Source: an uncultured Candidatus Babeliaceae bacterium (GTDB lineage: Bacteria > Babelota > Babeliae > Babelales > Babelaceae). Taken from it: a DNA stretch of 64,000 bases. The stretch is taken from the NCBI GenBank assembly GCA_963704655.1, contig OY969927.1:704001-768000 (forward strand), written 5' to 3'. A model generated the notes under the pieces. That model made no database searches. It was not told the origin of the DNA and was given only the letters and a program-made list of their open reading frames with translations. Numbering within the stretch: the stretch's first letter is position 1; each line of letters begins with the position of its first letter. Below, one piece after another: positions 28,972 through 39,182 of the stretch. A program made the translations under genes and the position numbers.

Positions 28972-30906
28972 ATGCATATTTTTAAAGTTATTATTTATTA
29001 TACTCTTATTGGCAGCTGTTTTTTAGCCGGTATACTCGCCTATCTTTTTACCCATGTCACCATAGATTTTTCAACACTAGAAAATTACGACCCGGGCAAA
29101 TATTCTATTGTGCTTGATGATACCGGTAATGAATTAACACGCTTTCAGCTTGATAGACGCGAGCCAGTGCCGCTTGAAAGTTTATCACCCAATTTAATTC
29201 AAGCTTTTCTTGCTGCAGAAGATCAAAACTTTTTTTTACATCATGGCATATCATTAAAGGGCATGCTTCGTTCATTTATTGCCAATTTTACGCGCGGCAA
29301 AATTGTACAAGGGGCAAGCACTATAACACAACAGCTTATCAAGCTTCTTTTTTTAGATAATAGACGCACCTTTGAAAGAAAATTTAAAGAGCTCTTTCTT
29401 GCGCTTATTGCTGAACATCAATTTAGCAAAGAGCAAATTTTACAAACCTATCTTAACCATATTTATCTTGGCTGCGGCATTTATGGCGTTGAAGCAGCAA
29501 GCCAGCGTTTTTGGAATACATCGTGCGGAAACTTAACTATTTCACAAGCGGCAACCCTTGCAGGGATTGTTCAGTCCCCCGAACGATTTTGCCCTCTTAC
29601 ACACCCAGACCAGGCTCTTAGAAGACGAAATGTTATACTCTGGCGCATGCTTAACCAAAAGAAAATAACCAAACAAGAATATAGCCAAGCCAAAGAAGAA
29701 CCCCTTAATCTTCAAGATGCAACAGCCGGCTGCTGTGCACCCCATGTAAAACAGATGATTGCGCAAGCAGTAGAAAATCTTGTTGAAAAAAAAGAGTTAT
29801 ATAGCGGTGGGCTAGTGATTCAAACAACTATCTCAAGCATGCTACAAAAAAAGAGTGCTAAAATATTTACTAAGCACCTTAAACATAATCAAAAATCAAC
29901 CGACGTTCTGCTTGATGGCGGCTTAGTTCTTATCGAAGGCAGCAGTGGCAAAATAAAGGTTTTAATCGGTGGAAATAACTTTAACGAATCACAGTTTAAC
30001 CGCGTGACCCAAGCGCGCCGACAACTTGGCTCGATATTTAAACCGCTCATTTTTGCAACCGCAATTGACCACGGTGCCCGCATGGACGACATCTGCAATG
30101 ACGACCCTATAACTATCGAATTTAATAATACTCTCTGGAGTCCACAAAATTATAATCACAAATTTGTTGGCCCGGTTACCCGCGCATATGGCCTGTATCG
30201 CTCGCTGAATACTATTGCGATTCAAACACTGTATACTGCCGGCATACAAAACACTATTCATGCAGCGCATGCCTGTGGCATAACCCAAGAAATGGCACCC
30301 TATCCTTCACTTGCTTTAGGTTGTGTCGATGCAACGTTATTGCAAGCAGTAAGCATGTTTAATTGCTTTGCACAGCAAGGCAAATATTATGAACCCTATT
30401 ATATTGAGTGGATAAAGAATAGCCAGGGTAAAAAGATATATAAACACACCCCAGCTGAACATCAGGCTCTGAGTTGGCTCTCAACAAGTCAGGTATCAGC
30501 GGCTCTTGCAACCCGCATGACCCAATTGCAAAAAAAACACCCTGCAGGAAGCCCTATTACTGCATTTAAACCGGGAACACTGATCGGAAAAAGTGGAACA
30601 ACCAATGATGCGCGTAACTGCTTTTTTGTGGGAGCAACGCCACGTTATACGGCTGCTGCATTTTATGGCAATGATAATAATCTTGCAATGGGCGACAGCA
30701 TTTTTGCCTCACAAACAGTTATGCCACTTGTTATTGAAGTTCTTAAAAAGACAGAACCTTCCCCAAACGATCGCTTTATGTATCACCCTGATTTACAATC
30801 AGTTATTATTGATGAATTTACTGGTCAACCAAAGAAAGATCTTCAAGATCCTCATGCCATTGAAATTTTAGTTCCAAGAGGGAGACTGAATGAAAAAAAT
30901 ATTTAA
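28972..30906 (+). CDS. class A penicillin-binding protein (PBP1A family)
   Basis: AEDQNF, GASTITQQL, SIFK, SLN, KSGTT. Start moved out of the upstream repeat. Confidence 0.92.
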   Translation: MHIFKVIIYYTLIGSCFLAGILAYLFTHVTIDFSTLENYDPGKYSIVLDDTGNELTRFQLDRREPVPLESLSPNLIQAFLAAEDQNFFLHHGISLKGMLRSFIANFTRGKIVQGASTITQQLIKLLFLDNRRTFERKFKELFLALIAEHQFSKEQILQTYLNHIYLGCGIYGVEAASQRFWNTSCGNLTISQAATLAGIVQSPERFCPLTHPDQALRRRNVILWRMLNQKKITKQEYSQAKEEPLNLQDATAGCCAPHVKQMIAQAVENLVEKKELYSGGLVIQTTISSMLQKKSAKIFTKHLKHNQKSTDVLLDGGLVLIEGSSGKIKVLIGGNNFNESQFNRVTQARRQLGSIFKPLIFATAIDHGARMDDICNDDPITIEFNNTLWSPQNYNHKFVGPVTRAYGLYRSLNTIAIQTLYTAGIQNTIHAAHACGITQEMAPYPSLALGCVDATLLQAVSMFNCFAQQGKYYEPYYIEWIKNSQGKKIYKHTPAEHQALSWLSTSQVSAALATRMTQLQKKHPAGSPITAFKPGTLIGKSGTTNDARNCFFVGATPRYTAAAFYGNDNNLAMGDSIFASQTVMPLVIEVLKKTEPSPNDRFMYHPDLQSVIIDEFTGQPKKDLQDPHAIEILVPRGRLNEKNI

Positions 30907-31297
30907 CATTGCAATTCTCATGTTTTTTGTGACTTTAAACGTAAATAAACTTAACGCACCTCTTGATGATGATGAAAAGAAGGTACTCCAAGAAAAAAAC
31001 TGGCAAATAACCCGCATATGGGGACCTGGAGCCGGTCAGAAAATAAGTCTATTTCAACTCAGCCAAGATATTGAAAAATCACCAGAAGATTTAGGATTGC
31101 GTATAAATAGAATGTATCATGCAAAAAATGCACTAGATTTAAAATCTATCACAGCTTCCACGGACCCTTCTACTCACGTGCTTGAGAAAATTGTGCATGA
31201 AGATGCCAATTTTGTCATTTTGCATATCGATCCGACCGGGCCAGTCAACTGTTATTGGTTAACCGAAGCACGCGAAATTATATCCAAAATAAAATAA
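30890..31297 (+). CDS. hypothetical secreted protein
   Basis: 135 aa, signal peptide, RBS AGGGAG. Confidence 0.55.
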   Translation: MKKIFNIAILMFFVTLNVNKLNAPLDDDEKKVLQEKNWQITRIWGPGAGQKISLFQLSQDIEKSPEDLGLRINRMYHAKNALDLKSITASTDPSTHVLEKIVHEDANFVILHIDPTGPVNCYWLTEAREIISKIK

Positions 31298-31338
31298 AAA
31301 ATCGAGAGGACTTCCCGATTGAGACCCAGCGCAAAGCG

Positions 31339-32406
31339 CTATGTCGACATAGTAGAGGACGTGAGTAAAGAAAGAATATTTTCAATATTTTTGTCTGCAT
31401 CAGCTTGGCAAACCATAAAAAATTGTTGCGGCTTTTGTGCGCACAGCGCTTGGGCATTATGTAGCTGATGATCTGTTGAAGATGTCTCTAATGGAATAAT
31501 ACACGTGGGAACATTCATATATTCAAGCTCCCAGAGTGTCCCGGCGCCCGCACGGCAAATCACTAAATCTGCAGCGCTATAAAGCAATTCAATTTCAGAA
31601 TAATAATCAACAACAAAAGCTTGATACTTGTTTTCAGCATACCACGCTGCAAGACGCGACGCGTCTGCAGAACCAGCCTGATGAATAACTTGAATTTCAT
31701 GCGGTGAAAAACGTGTAACAATACGTAATGCAAAATCGTTAATAAATTGCGAGCCCTGCGAACCGCCTAAAAAACAGATCGTCTTTTTTGCTGGGGAAAG
31801 TCCCAGTTGCTTACGCGCAGAATAACTGTCTATTACTGAAAATTCACGCACCGGATATGGCTTATAATATAATGCTTTATGTTCTAGATGCTGTAAGGTT
31901 GTTTTATAACAATAAAATACTTTGCTGCTTAAGGGCGCCAAAAACTTCACCGCATCGCCCGGAATTGCATTAAGTTCAAAAAGTTCACAGGGGATTCTGA
32001 ATAGTTTTGCAAACAAAAATACAGGAACTGCTGAAAGGCCGCCAGTAGAGACTACTTTTTCTGGATGCGTTTTTATATATAAAAAAAGCAATTTTGCAAA
32101 AGCAAATGACCACACTGCTGCATGAAACGGGAACAGCCAGAATTTTTTGCGCTGAATATCTGGCAAATATAATGGGCAGTGAGTTAACCGTGCATGGTGA
32201 GTGCCGTGCCCTTCGATACATTCACCTATCGGTGAACACTCAGGGTGCACGGTGTATCGAACCATCGCACTATCAATAATTTTTTTATCTAATGGACGGT
32301 GCGTAGTGATAAACACCGCAGGTGCACCAGCCTGATGAGCAAGGGTAATTAAAGGCATAATATGGCCAGCAGATTTACCGCCCACATACCAAATACTTTT
32401 ATTCAT
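31339..32406 (-). CDS. murG: UDP-GlcNAc:lipid I GlcNAc transferase, with a repeat-derived 26-aa insert
   Basis: GGKSAGHIMP, STGG, ELNAIPG, GGSQGS, CRAGAGT, DHQLHNA. Confidence 0.9.
   Translation of the reverse strand: MNKSIWYVGGKSAGHIMPLITLAHQAGAPAVFITTHRPLDKKIIDSAMVRYTVHPECSPIGECIEGHGTHHARLTHCPLYLPDIQRKKFWLFPFHAAVWSFAFAKLLFLYIKTHPEKVVSTGGLSAVPVFLFAKLFRIPCELFELNAIPGDAVKFLAPLSSKVFYCYKTTLQHLEHKALYYKPYPVREFSVIDSYSARKQLGLSPAKKTICFLGGSQGSQFINDFALRIVTRFSPHEIQVIHQAGSADASRLAAWYAENKYQAFVVDYYSEIELLYSAADLVICRAGAGTLWELEYMNVPTCIIPLETSSTDHQLHNAQALCAQKPQQFFMVCQADADKNIENILSLLTSSTMST
32188..32265. repeat. nested family A repeat (A within A), in frame in murG
   Basis: CCGTGCATGGTGAGTG-[inverted 49-nt unit 32204-32252]-TGTATCGAACCAT; 78 nt. 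Confidence 0.85.
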
Positions 32407-32849
32407 AATGTATCTTTACAACGTTGATAATAGGCAAGTAATGAATCTTGCAGCTCTTTATTAGCTAATTTTTGAACGGTTTTTAAAGCCTGTAAACTCG
32501 GCTTTCGTGGTGCAGATTGATGCTCTATTTTTTTTTCCTTTGGTGCGCTTTGGCGCACTATTTTCATAACCCAAATACAGCGAATCGCTGTGAGCGTAAA
32601 CCCTTCTGGGTAAAGTTTATATAAAGCACTGTTCATGCGCTGCAACATCATGCGGGATAATGCATGCAATTCATGCATCCAATGGCTATCATAGACTCCA
32701 ATAATAACGGTCGAGCCATTAATTCGCTCAAGACGAGCACGGGTTGAAAGATCACCCATAATTGTTGACCATTCAGCTCGCAATTTCATTTGCCAGTCGT
32801 GCTCAGTGCGTGATAAAATTTGATCAACTAAACTTGTTATTGGTTTCAT
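32403..32849 (-). CDS. DciA/DUF721 family protein
   Basis: L..EWSTIMG.L, V.DSHWMHEL pattern. Confidence 0.7.
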   Translation of the reverse strand: MKPITSLVDQILSRTEHDWQMKLRAEWSTIMGDLSTRARLERINGSTVIIGVYDSHWMHELHALSRMMLQRMNSALYKLYPEGFTLTAIRCIWVMKIVRQSAPKEKKIEHQSAPRKPSLQALKTVQKLANKELQDSLLAYYQRCKDTL

Positions 32850-32855
32850 AAGATA

Positions 32856-33581
32856 TTAGTTTAACAAACAAGAAAGATTAAGGTACACATTTCGCCAGAA
32901 AATCTTACCACTTCCCGGCATAGGCAACTTTTCTAGACAACTATGCAAATAGTTTACTACCGGAAAATACGCACTATTTTTTAAACTTTCTTGCGTCCAA
33001 AAGGTAATAATATCATCAAGTAAAAGGCGTGATTCATAATCTGAAATTTTGGTGCGATCAAGCTGCTGATGAAACTGAATAATATCAGCGATATTTTTTT
33101 GGGTTAACAGACTAAACATCTCACGATACCCATTATCCTGAGCGTCTGACTTAAACTCAGTAACAACACAGCGGGATTTAACCGTTGGCAGAAATTCCTG
33201 CGGCCGATCGGTCAATAATAGCCAATGCCAACCTGCAGGTGGCTCTTCAAGTAATTTTAATAAACTATTGGCGCATGCATCTGATAGCTTTTCTGCTTGT
33301 GTTATCACACAAAAGAATGGTTCGCCTTGTGCGCGGACAATTGCTATTTTTGAAAAAACAACATCCAAATCCGCACGCGAATAGGTTGATTTAATAGTTG
33401 AAAGAATCATATAAGCATGAAACTGCTGATTTTCAATCTGCTTACAGATAGAACAACTTTTACAACCAAGTGAACGACAATATTCCCTTTGCACCAGCGC
33501 AACAGCCTGCGCTTTTAAAATATTCTGTGAACCGGTCCATAATTGTGCAGGGCTAGTTCTGGTTAATGCGCTATGATTCAT
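32856..33581 (-). CDS. holB: DNA polymerase III delta' subunit
   Basis: C..GCKSCSIC Zn motif, ANSLLKLLEEPP, LPTVKSRC; follows tmk. Confidence 0.85.
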   Translation of the reverse strand: MNHSALTRTSPAQLWTGSQNILKAQAVALVQREYCRSLGCKSCSICKQIENQQFHAYMILSTIKSTYSRADLDVVFSKIAIVRAQGEPFFCVITQAEKLSDACANSLLKLLEEPPAGWHWLLLTDRPQEFLPTVKSRCVVTEFKSDAQDNGYREMFSLLTQKNIADIIQFHQQLDRTKISDYESRLLLDDIITFWTQESLKNSAYFPVVNYLHSCLEKLPMPGSGKIFWRNVYLNLSCLLN

Positions 33582-33582
33582 A

Positions 33583-34206
33583 CTACTTTTTAAATCGCTT
33601 GTTAAGTTCAGCAAGAACTTGTATTGCCAATTCTGTTGGAGGCAGATGTGCATCAACCGTTAAAACATTATCTTTCGTAGCAAAAATCTTTTCAAAACCA
33701 TCAATAACACGCTCAAAAAAAATAGTTTTTTCACGTTCAAAGACGGTTAAAGCCTCATGCCGTTGCGCGATTCGCTTAAAAGCAGTTACCGCATCAATTT
33801 TACTATAGACAATAAGATCAGGGGTTATTCCCTGCATAACCCACTGGGTAACCCGTTCAATAAGGTTAAGATCGATCTCGCGACCATAGCCCTGGTACGC
33901 TCGCGAAGAATCTGCCATGCGGTCAGACAAGATGATTTTACCATCTTCTAATCCGGGCTTAATCACCTGCGTAATATGCTCTGCGCGGTCTGCCGCAAAA
34001 AGCAAGAACTCTGCTTGGGGAGTGAGCGTATATTCATGAACAATCGCTCTGATTTTCTGCCCAGCAGGAGTGCCTCCCGGCTCTTTAGTTAAAATTACCG
34101 GCACATGCAGCGCCTCTAGAGACCTAAAAACAAGCTTACTAAGCGTGCTTTTGCCACTACCATCTATGCCTTCAAACGCGATAAGAAATCCAGATTTTTT
34201 TTCCAT
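33583..34206 (-). CDS. tmk: thymidylate kinase
   Basis: FEGIDGSGKST, EPGGT, LFAADRAEH, DR...SS.AYQG. Confidence 0.95.
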   Translation of the reverse strand: MEKKSGFLIAFEGIDGSGKSTLSKLVFRSLEALHVPVILTKEPGGTPAGQKIRAIVHEYTLTPQAEFLLFAADRAEHITQVIKPGLEDGKIILSDRMADSSRAYQGYGREIDLNLIERVTQWVMQGITPDLIVYSKIDAVTAFKRIAQRHEALTVFEREKTIFFERVIDGFEKIFATKDNVLTVDAHLPPTELAIQVLAELNKRFKK

Positions 34207-34263
34207 ATACTCAAACTATGTTACTATGATATATAATTAGAGTATCATATTTTAGAGATTTTT

Positions 34264-34449
34264 ATGAAAAAAGTTTGGATTAAACCCGGCTGCATCACCT
34301 GCGGCACCTGTGAATTTATCGCACCAGAAGTTTTTGAAGTAACTGATATCTGTCGAGTAAAAGAGAATGCACCTTTAGAAGAATCAGATGCGGCAATTAA
34401 GCAAGCAATTGCACAGTGTCCGGTGAATGTTATTGAAGGACAAGAATAA
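34264..34449 (+). CDS. ferredoxin
   Basis: CITCGTC...AP...CPVNVI, 61 aa. Confidence 0.9.
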   Translation: MKKVWIKPGCITCGTCEFIAPEVFEVTDICRVKENAPLEESDAAIKQAIAQCPVNVIEGQE

Positions 34450-34455
34450 ACTGCG

Positions 34456-34522
34456 GCGCTCAAATGGTTCGATTTCACTCACCACGAGCGGCCGCTCGCC
34501 CTGAGCATAGTCGAAGGGTGCG
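34456..34522. repeat. family A doublet
   Basis: ATGGTTCGATTTCACTCACCACGAGCGG/CCGCTCGCCCTGAGCATAGTCGAAGGGT. Confidence 0.85.
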
Positions 34523-34532
34523 AAAGAGTATA

Positions 34533-36077
34533 ATGGAAGAACTAACTCATTTTACAAGCTTATATAACGAACTTCTTGCACCAGCAGAACCACTTTATGC
34601 CGGGCAGATGCTCGCGCGTTCTGCGCAAAAATGGCCAGAACGCATAGCGCTTATCTGTAATAACGAGCAGATAACTTTTGACCAACTTTACCAAGAGGCA
34701 AGCGCTGTAAGTTATTTTTTGCAAGAACAGGGTATTAAACCACGTGATAAAGTGATGATTCTGTATGAAAATTCGCTTAATTTTTTTCGTGCTTACCATG
34801 GCGCCTGGCAAATGGGTGCGGTGGTTATTCCCGTTAACACCTTTATGCATGAACGCGAACTTGAACATGTTATGCACGACTGCCAGCCTACGGTTCTTAT
34901 CGTTTCAGAAAAACTGAGTGGTAAAGTTTCTCAACTTTATGGCAATGCACGCCTTATTATTACGCAAGAGCAACTTGCTACAATCTGCGCAGAGCCAAAA
35001 AAATTTACGCCAGTAGCGTTACAGCAAAAAGAACTTTCTGTTTTATTATACACTTCAGGAACAACAGGGATGCCCAAAGGGGTTATGCTCAGTTCATATA
35101 ACTGCATATATAATAGTATTCAAGGTATCGCCAAGTTTTCTTCACTTCCTGATGATAAAGTTTTATGCGCCTTGCCGCTGTTTCATAGCTTTATGCAAAA
35201 TGCCTGCGTCTGGAGCAGCTGCTTATTAGGTGCTGCAGTTATAGTGGTATCAAAGATTGACCGCAAAGCATTATTAGAAGGTATTGCACACAAACCTACC
35301 GTTGTTTTAGGAATTCCACAGCTTTTTGGTCTTTTTTGCTTATTAAAAAAGATAGACTTTTCCAGCGTTCGCTTTTTTATTTGTGGCGGGGACGCGTTAC
35401 CGGATAAAATTCGCAAATTCTTTGAACTTATCTATGGCAGGAAACTCTGTAACGGCTACGGGCTCAGTGAAGCATCACCCTTTATCAGTGTGGATCTTGA
35501 TGACACGCGCAGCGAAACCAACACGATTGGCAAGCCGCTTATTGGCATTTCTGTTCAATTACGCGACGAATCTGGCAAAGATATCTCAAAAACTGATATC
35601 GGCACTCTATGGGTAAAAGGTGACAATAACATGCTTGGTTACTATAACGCACCGGAAGCAACCGAAAAAATTTTACACGATGGCTGGCTCAATACAGGAG
35701 ATCTTGCGCGCATTAACAGTCAGGGCAAACTCGTTATCTGTGGCAGAGAAAAAGATCTCATTATTCATAAAGGGATAAAGATCTATCCGCAAGAAGTTGA
35801 AAATTGCCTTATGCAACATGAAGCCGTTCAAGCAGTGGGCGTTATCGGCGCACCAACAGAGAACGACGGCGAGATCCCTATAGCCTATATTGCTGCACGC
35901 GATTATGTAGATAAGCAAAATATACTTTCTGCAGAACTTCTTGAACTGTGTAGGCAGCATCTTGCTCCCTATAAAATCCCGCGCGCTTTTATTATCATCA
36001 AAGAGCTTCCTACAACAACAACAGGCAAAGTGGATAAAAAAGAATTACGGATATTGCATGCCCAAAAATTGAGTTAA
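34533..36077 (+). CDS. long-chain fatty acid-CoA ligase
   Basis: YTSGTTGMPKG, GYGLSE, TGDL, GREKD, TGKVDK. Start moved out of the upstream repeat. Confidence 0.9.
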   Translation: MEELTHFTSLYNELLAPAEPLYAGQMLARSAQKWPERIALICNNEQITFDQLYQEASAVSYFLQEQGIKPRDKVMILYENSLNFFRAYHGAWQMGAVVIPVNTFMHERELEHVMHDCQPTVLIVSEKLSGKVSQLYGNARLIITQEQLATICAEPKKFTPVALQQKELSVLLYTSGTTGMPKGVMLSSYNCIYNSIQGIAKFSSLPDDKVLCALPLFHSFMQNACVWSSCLLGAAVIVVSKIDRKALLEGIAHKPTVVLGIPQLFGLFCLLKKIDFSSVRFFICGGDALPDKIRKFFELIYGRKLCNGYGLSEASPFISVDLDDTRSETNTIGKPLIGISVQLRDESGKDISKTDIGTLWVKGDNNMLGYYNAPEATEKILHDGWLNTGDLARINSQGKLVICGREKDLIIHKGIKIYPQEVENCLMQHEAVQAVGVIGAPTENDGEIPIAYIAARDYVDKQNILSAELLELCRQHLAPYKIPRAFIIIKELPTTTTGKVDKKELRILHAQKLS

Positions 36078-36089
36078 AAAATTACCCCA

Positions 36090-36152
36090 ACACTTCGACT
36101 TCGCTCAGTGTGAGCGGCCGCTCGTGGTGAGCGTAGTCGAATCCATGGCGGC
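36090..36152. repeat. family A doublet
   Basis: ACACTTCGACTTCGCTCAGTGTGAGCGG/CCGCTCGTGGTGAGCGTAGTCGAATCCATGGCGGC. Confidence 0.9.
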
Positions 36153-36164
36153 AGCGAGTACATC

Positions 36165-37199
36165 ATGAAACATATAGTACATATCATAACTGGATTACAG
36201 CGTGGTGGCGCAGAGACAGTTTTGGTGACACTGGCAACTGAACTTGCACAAGAACCCTATAACTATAAACAAACTGTTATCTATTTTCATGACGGGCCAT
36301 TACGCGCGTCTTTAGAAAAATTGGGTATTACATGCTACAAAGCTTCTTATATCAGCGCATTTTGGCATATAAAACAACTCAAACCTGATGTAATTCACAG
36401 TTCTTTGTGGTCAGCTAATATTATCACCCGTTTATATGCAAAACTATTTTCTATCCCTGTTTACTGCGCATTACACACAGTAGCGCAACATAGCGGTAAT
36501 TTTAGAAATTATATCGATGCACTGTTCCCGTTTAAACCAACCAGATATATCGCAGTATCAAAAGACGTTAAAGATTCGTATGCCAAATTTTTACCCGCAC
36601 AAAAAATAACGGTGATTGAAAATGGCATACCTATGCCTGCCAACTTGCAAAAACCTGTTAACAAAAAATCAAACGAGTATACCATCGGTACCGTGGGCCG
36701 CTTTGTTGAAGTAAAAAATTATGACGTACTTATTGAGGCATTTGCTTTAATTCACAAAGAATTCCCTCATATAAGGTTAATGCTTGTTGGTCATGGCCCC
36801 CTAGAAGATCAACTTCTTAAACAAGCAGAAGCACTTAAAATTTCAGACGCCGTAACATTTGTTATTAATAAGCCAGCACAAGAGTTTTATAATAAGTTTG
36901 ATTGTTTTGTACAACCATCAAAACATGAGGGGTTATCAATAGCATTGCTTGAAGCATTACAAGCAACAATTCCTGTTATTGTTACCGGCATTAACCATAA
37001 CCATATCATTATCGAACATGAAAAATATGGGCTTGTTATTGAACCAAATTCTGTTTTCGAATTATATCAAGCATTAAAAAGATATATCTTAAACCCCGAG
37101 CTCGCGGATAAATATGCTCAAGATGGCAACAAATTTGTGCAGCAACACTTTTCTGCATGCGCAATGGCAAAAAAATACCATAAGCTATTTTGCAGCTAA
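36165..37199 (+). CDS. GT4 glycosyltransferase
   Basis: GGAETV, NGI, VGRF..VKN, EGLSIALLEA. Confidence 0.9.
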   Translation: MKHIVHIITGLQRGGAETVLVTLATELAQEPYNYKQTVIYFHDGPLRASLEKLGITCYKASYISAFWHIKQLKPDVIHSSLWSANIITRLYAKLFSIPVYCALHTVAQHSGNFRNYIDALFPFKPTRYIAVSKDVKDSYAKFLPAQKITVIENGIPMPANLQKPVNKKSNEYTIGTVGRFVEVKNYDVLIEAFALIHKEFPHIRLMLVGHGPLEDQLLKQAEALKISDAVTFVINKPAQEFYNKFDCFVQPSKHEGLSIALLEALQATIPVIVTGINHNHIIIEHEKYGLVIEPNSVFELYQALKRYILNPELADKYAQDGNKFVQQHFSACAMAKKYHKLFCS

Positions 37200-37864
37200 C
37201 GGCACTCTTCACAATGAAGCGAAATAAGCTTAACCGCATATTCAATGTCATCTGTAATAATCGGCTCTACCAAATGAGTTTTTGATAAAAAGTTTTGCTC
37301 TTTTGCTTGATCAAAAAAGGCTTTGTACGGCTTCCAAAATTCAGAGCCAATAAGTACAACCGTTCTTCGCTTAATTTTGCCCGTTTGCATAAGGTTCATT
37401 AAATCAGAAAGCTCGTCCATGGTGCCAAGACCGCCCGGAAAGATAATAAAGCCGATAGAATAATCGATTAAAAGCCATTTACGGGCAAAAAAGTCACTCA
37501 CAGTAACCGATTCACCTGGACATGGGTTAGGCATATCTTCTGACTGCAACCCCGTTATAATAACTTTGAGTGTGCGCTGAATCCCATCGGGCGTTGCATG
37601 TGCACCACAATTTGCCGCCTCCATAATGCCCGGGCCACCGCCGGTGATAACAGAAATGTCGCTATGAATTAAAAGATGCGCGGCATGGGACGCCATGTCA
37701 CGGTAATAATCTTCATGATCAAAGTTTCTACTGCCACCAAAAATACTCACACATGGTTGAGGAAGTTTACCAATTTTCCATAACCCTTTAACAATTTGAA
37801 AATTTACACCTAGAAGTTGCAATGCAACTTTAAAACACATCCATAAACGTTTGGAAAGCTTCAT
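37196..37864 (-). CDS. LOG family protein
   Basis: TGGGPGIMEAAN, FFARK, PGGLGTMDE. Confidence 0.9.
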   Translation of the reverse strand: MKLSKRLWMCFKVALQLLGVNFQIVKGLWKIGKLPQPCVSIFGGSRNFDHEDYYRDMASHAAHLLIHSDISVITGGGPGIMEAANCGAHATPDGIQRTLKVIITGLQSEDMPNPCPGESVTVSDFFARKWLLIDYSIGFIIFPGGLGTMDELSDLMNLMQTGKIKRRTVVLIGSEFWKPYKAFFDQAKEQNFLSKTHLVEPIITDDIEYAVKLISLHCEECR

Positions 37865-37922
37865 AATCGTCTTTCGTTTAATGTATACTCATACTACGCA
37901 TGATCAAAGCTAGGAAAATTGT

Positions 37923-39182
37923 ATGGTTACCTTTAAAAAATTCTTACTGTTAGTCATACCATGTTGTCTCATGGCAACACAACATCTTACGCAAGAATCG
38001 CAAGAAGCTCATGATATTTGGATGATCATCTTTGTTCATGGAACTTCTGGTGCACTAAGCAATGTCTCACTTTCAAATATTTATCGTGTCATGCTTGATG
38101 AAGTTGAAAACACCCCGTATGAAAAAGCAGTAGATCTGATCCGCTCAAACCCGTATATGTATCAAAATCAACCGATGCAAGAATATGGGCTGCACCCAGT
38201 TGATCATCTTAATAGAAAACCGGGGCAAGCGGCAGCATTATTTGCCCACATCTATGATTCTGTTTTACAAGAAACGTCACCAGCGCACAAGCACACGATC
38301 TATTACACCTACGGCTGGTCAGGCGTATTAAGTGAATCGATACGCTACAAAAATGCTTCACGCTTTTATCATGAACTTTTACTTGAACATAAAAAACAGT
38401 GTCTTAATCACCCAGGAAAAAATGTTAAAATCTGTATTGTTTCATATAGCCATGGCGGAACAGTTGCATTACAGCTTGCACGCGTCTTTGAAAAAGAGCG
38501 TGCGCACGAACCGCTTACTATCGATCTTTTAATAACGCTTGGAACACCCATACAAAAAGAAACTGACCATCTGGTAACACATCATATGTTTAAAAAGGTC
38601 TATCATATCTATTCGCGTGGTGACAAAGTACAAAAACTAGATTTTTTTTCATTCAGACGCTTTTTTTCTAAACGCCGATTTAATGACACAACGCGCTTTG
38701 TTACACCAGAAAAAGTTGTTCAAATTGAGCTACAGCTTAAACCTTCACGACGTGATTATAAAGAGCATGAAAAACCAAAATTTGTTAACCGCTCACCTGG
38801 ACACATTGAACTCTGGTTTTTTGGATGGACAGAAGGCATGTATCGGAAAAATTTCCCATTACATCCGCTGCCAACAGCATGCTTAGTTCCTGTTATTATT
38901 AAAGCGGCACAGCAAGCCATGCCGCATGAAAATGATCTGGTTATTGAGCTTTATCCACAAACAGAAAAATGTATTGTTAAAAAAAGACGCTACTTTAAAA
39001 AGGTACATGCTAACGGCATTAAGCATGCAACACTTGCAAAAATAAAAAAGACCGCACTTGATGAACGGCCAGAAACATTTTGCAGAAAAGAATATTTAAA
39101 TCATATGCATATGGCCATTAAACAGGCATATGGCACAGTAAGTGAAAAGCATACCAAGAAGATATGCGGATGCGATTCATAA
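37923..39182 (+). CDS. secreted alpha/beta-hydrolase (lipase-like)
   Basis: FVHGT, YGWSG, SYSHGG, LGTP; related to 59298..60707. Confidence 0.7.
   Translation: MVTFKKFLLLVIPCCLMATQHLTQESQEAHDIWMIIFVHGTSGALSNVSLSNIYRVMLDEVENTPYEKAVDLIRSNPYMYQNQPMQEYGLHPVDHLNRKPGQAAALFAHIYDSVLQETSPAHKHTIYYTYGWSGVLSESIRYKNASRFYHELLLEHKKQCLNHPGKNVKICIVSYSHGGTVALQLARVFEKERAHEPLTIDLLITLGTPIQKETDHLVTHHMFKKVYHIYSRGDKVQKLDFFSFRRFFSKRRFNDTTRFVTPEKVVQIELQLKPSRRDYKEHEKPKFVNRSPGHIELWFFGWTEGMYRKNFPLHPLPTACLVPVIIKAAQQAMPHENDLVIELYPQTEKCIVKKRRYFKKVHANGIKHATLAKIKKTALDERPETFCRKEYLNHMHMAIKQAYGTVSEKHTKKICGCDS

Noticed and set aside
31300-31352. Small palindromes at the murG 3' end (AGCGC-AAA-GCGCT, CTATGTCGACATAG)
   Set aside because: Short, single-copy and only weakly similar to family D; could be a convergent terminator or chance.
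34464-34532. Repeat-encoded N-termini of the acyl-CoA ligase (likewise sbcD 44772-44834, PBP 28912-28971, pilin 63553-63630)
   Set aside because: Longest-ORF artefacts: the repeats are often stop-free and better starts lie downstream. Not counted as in-frame insertions.
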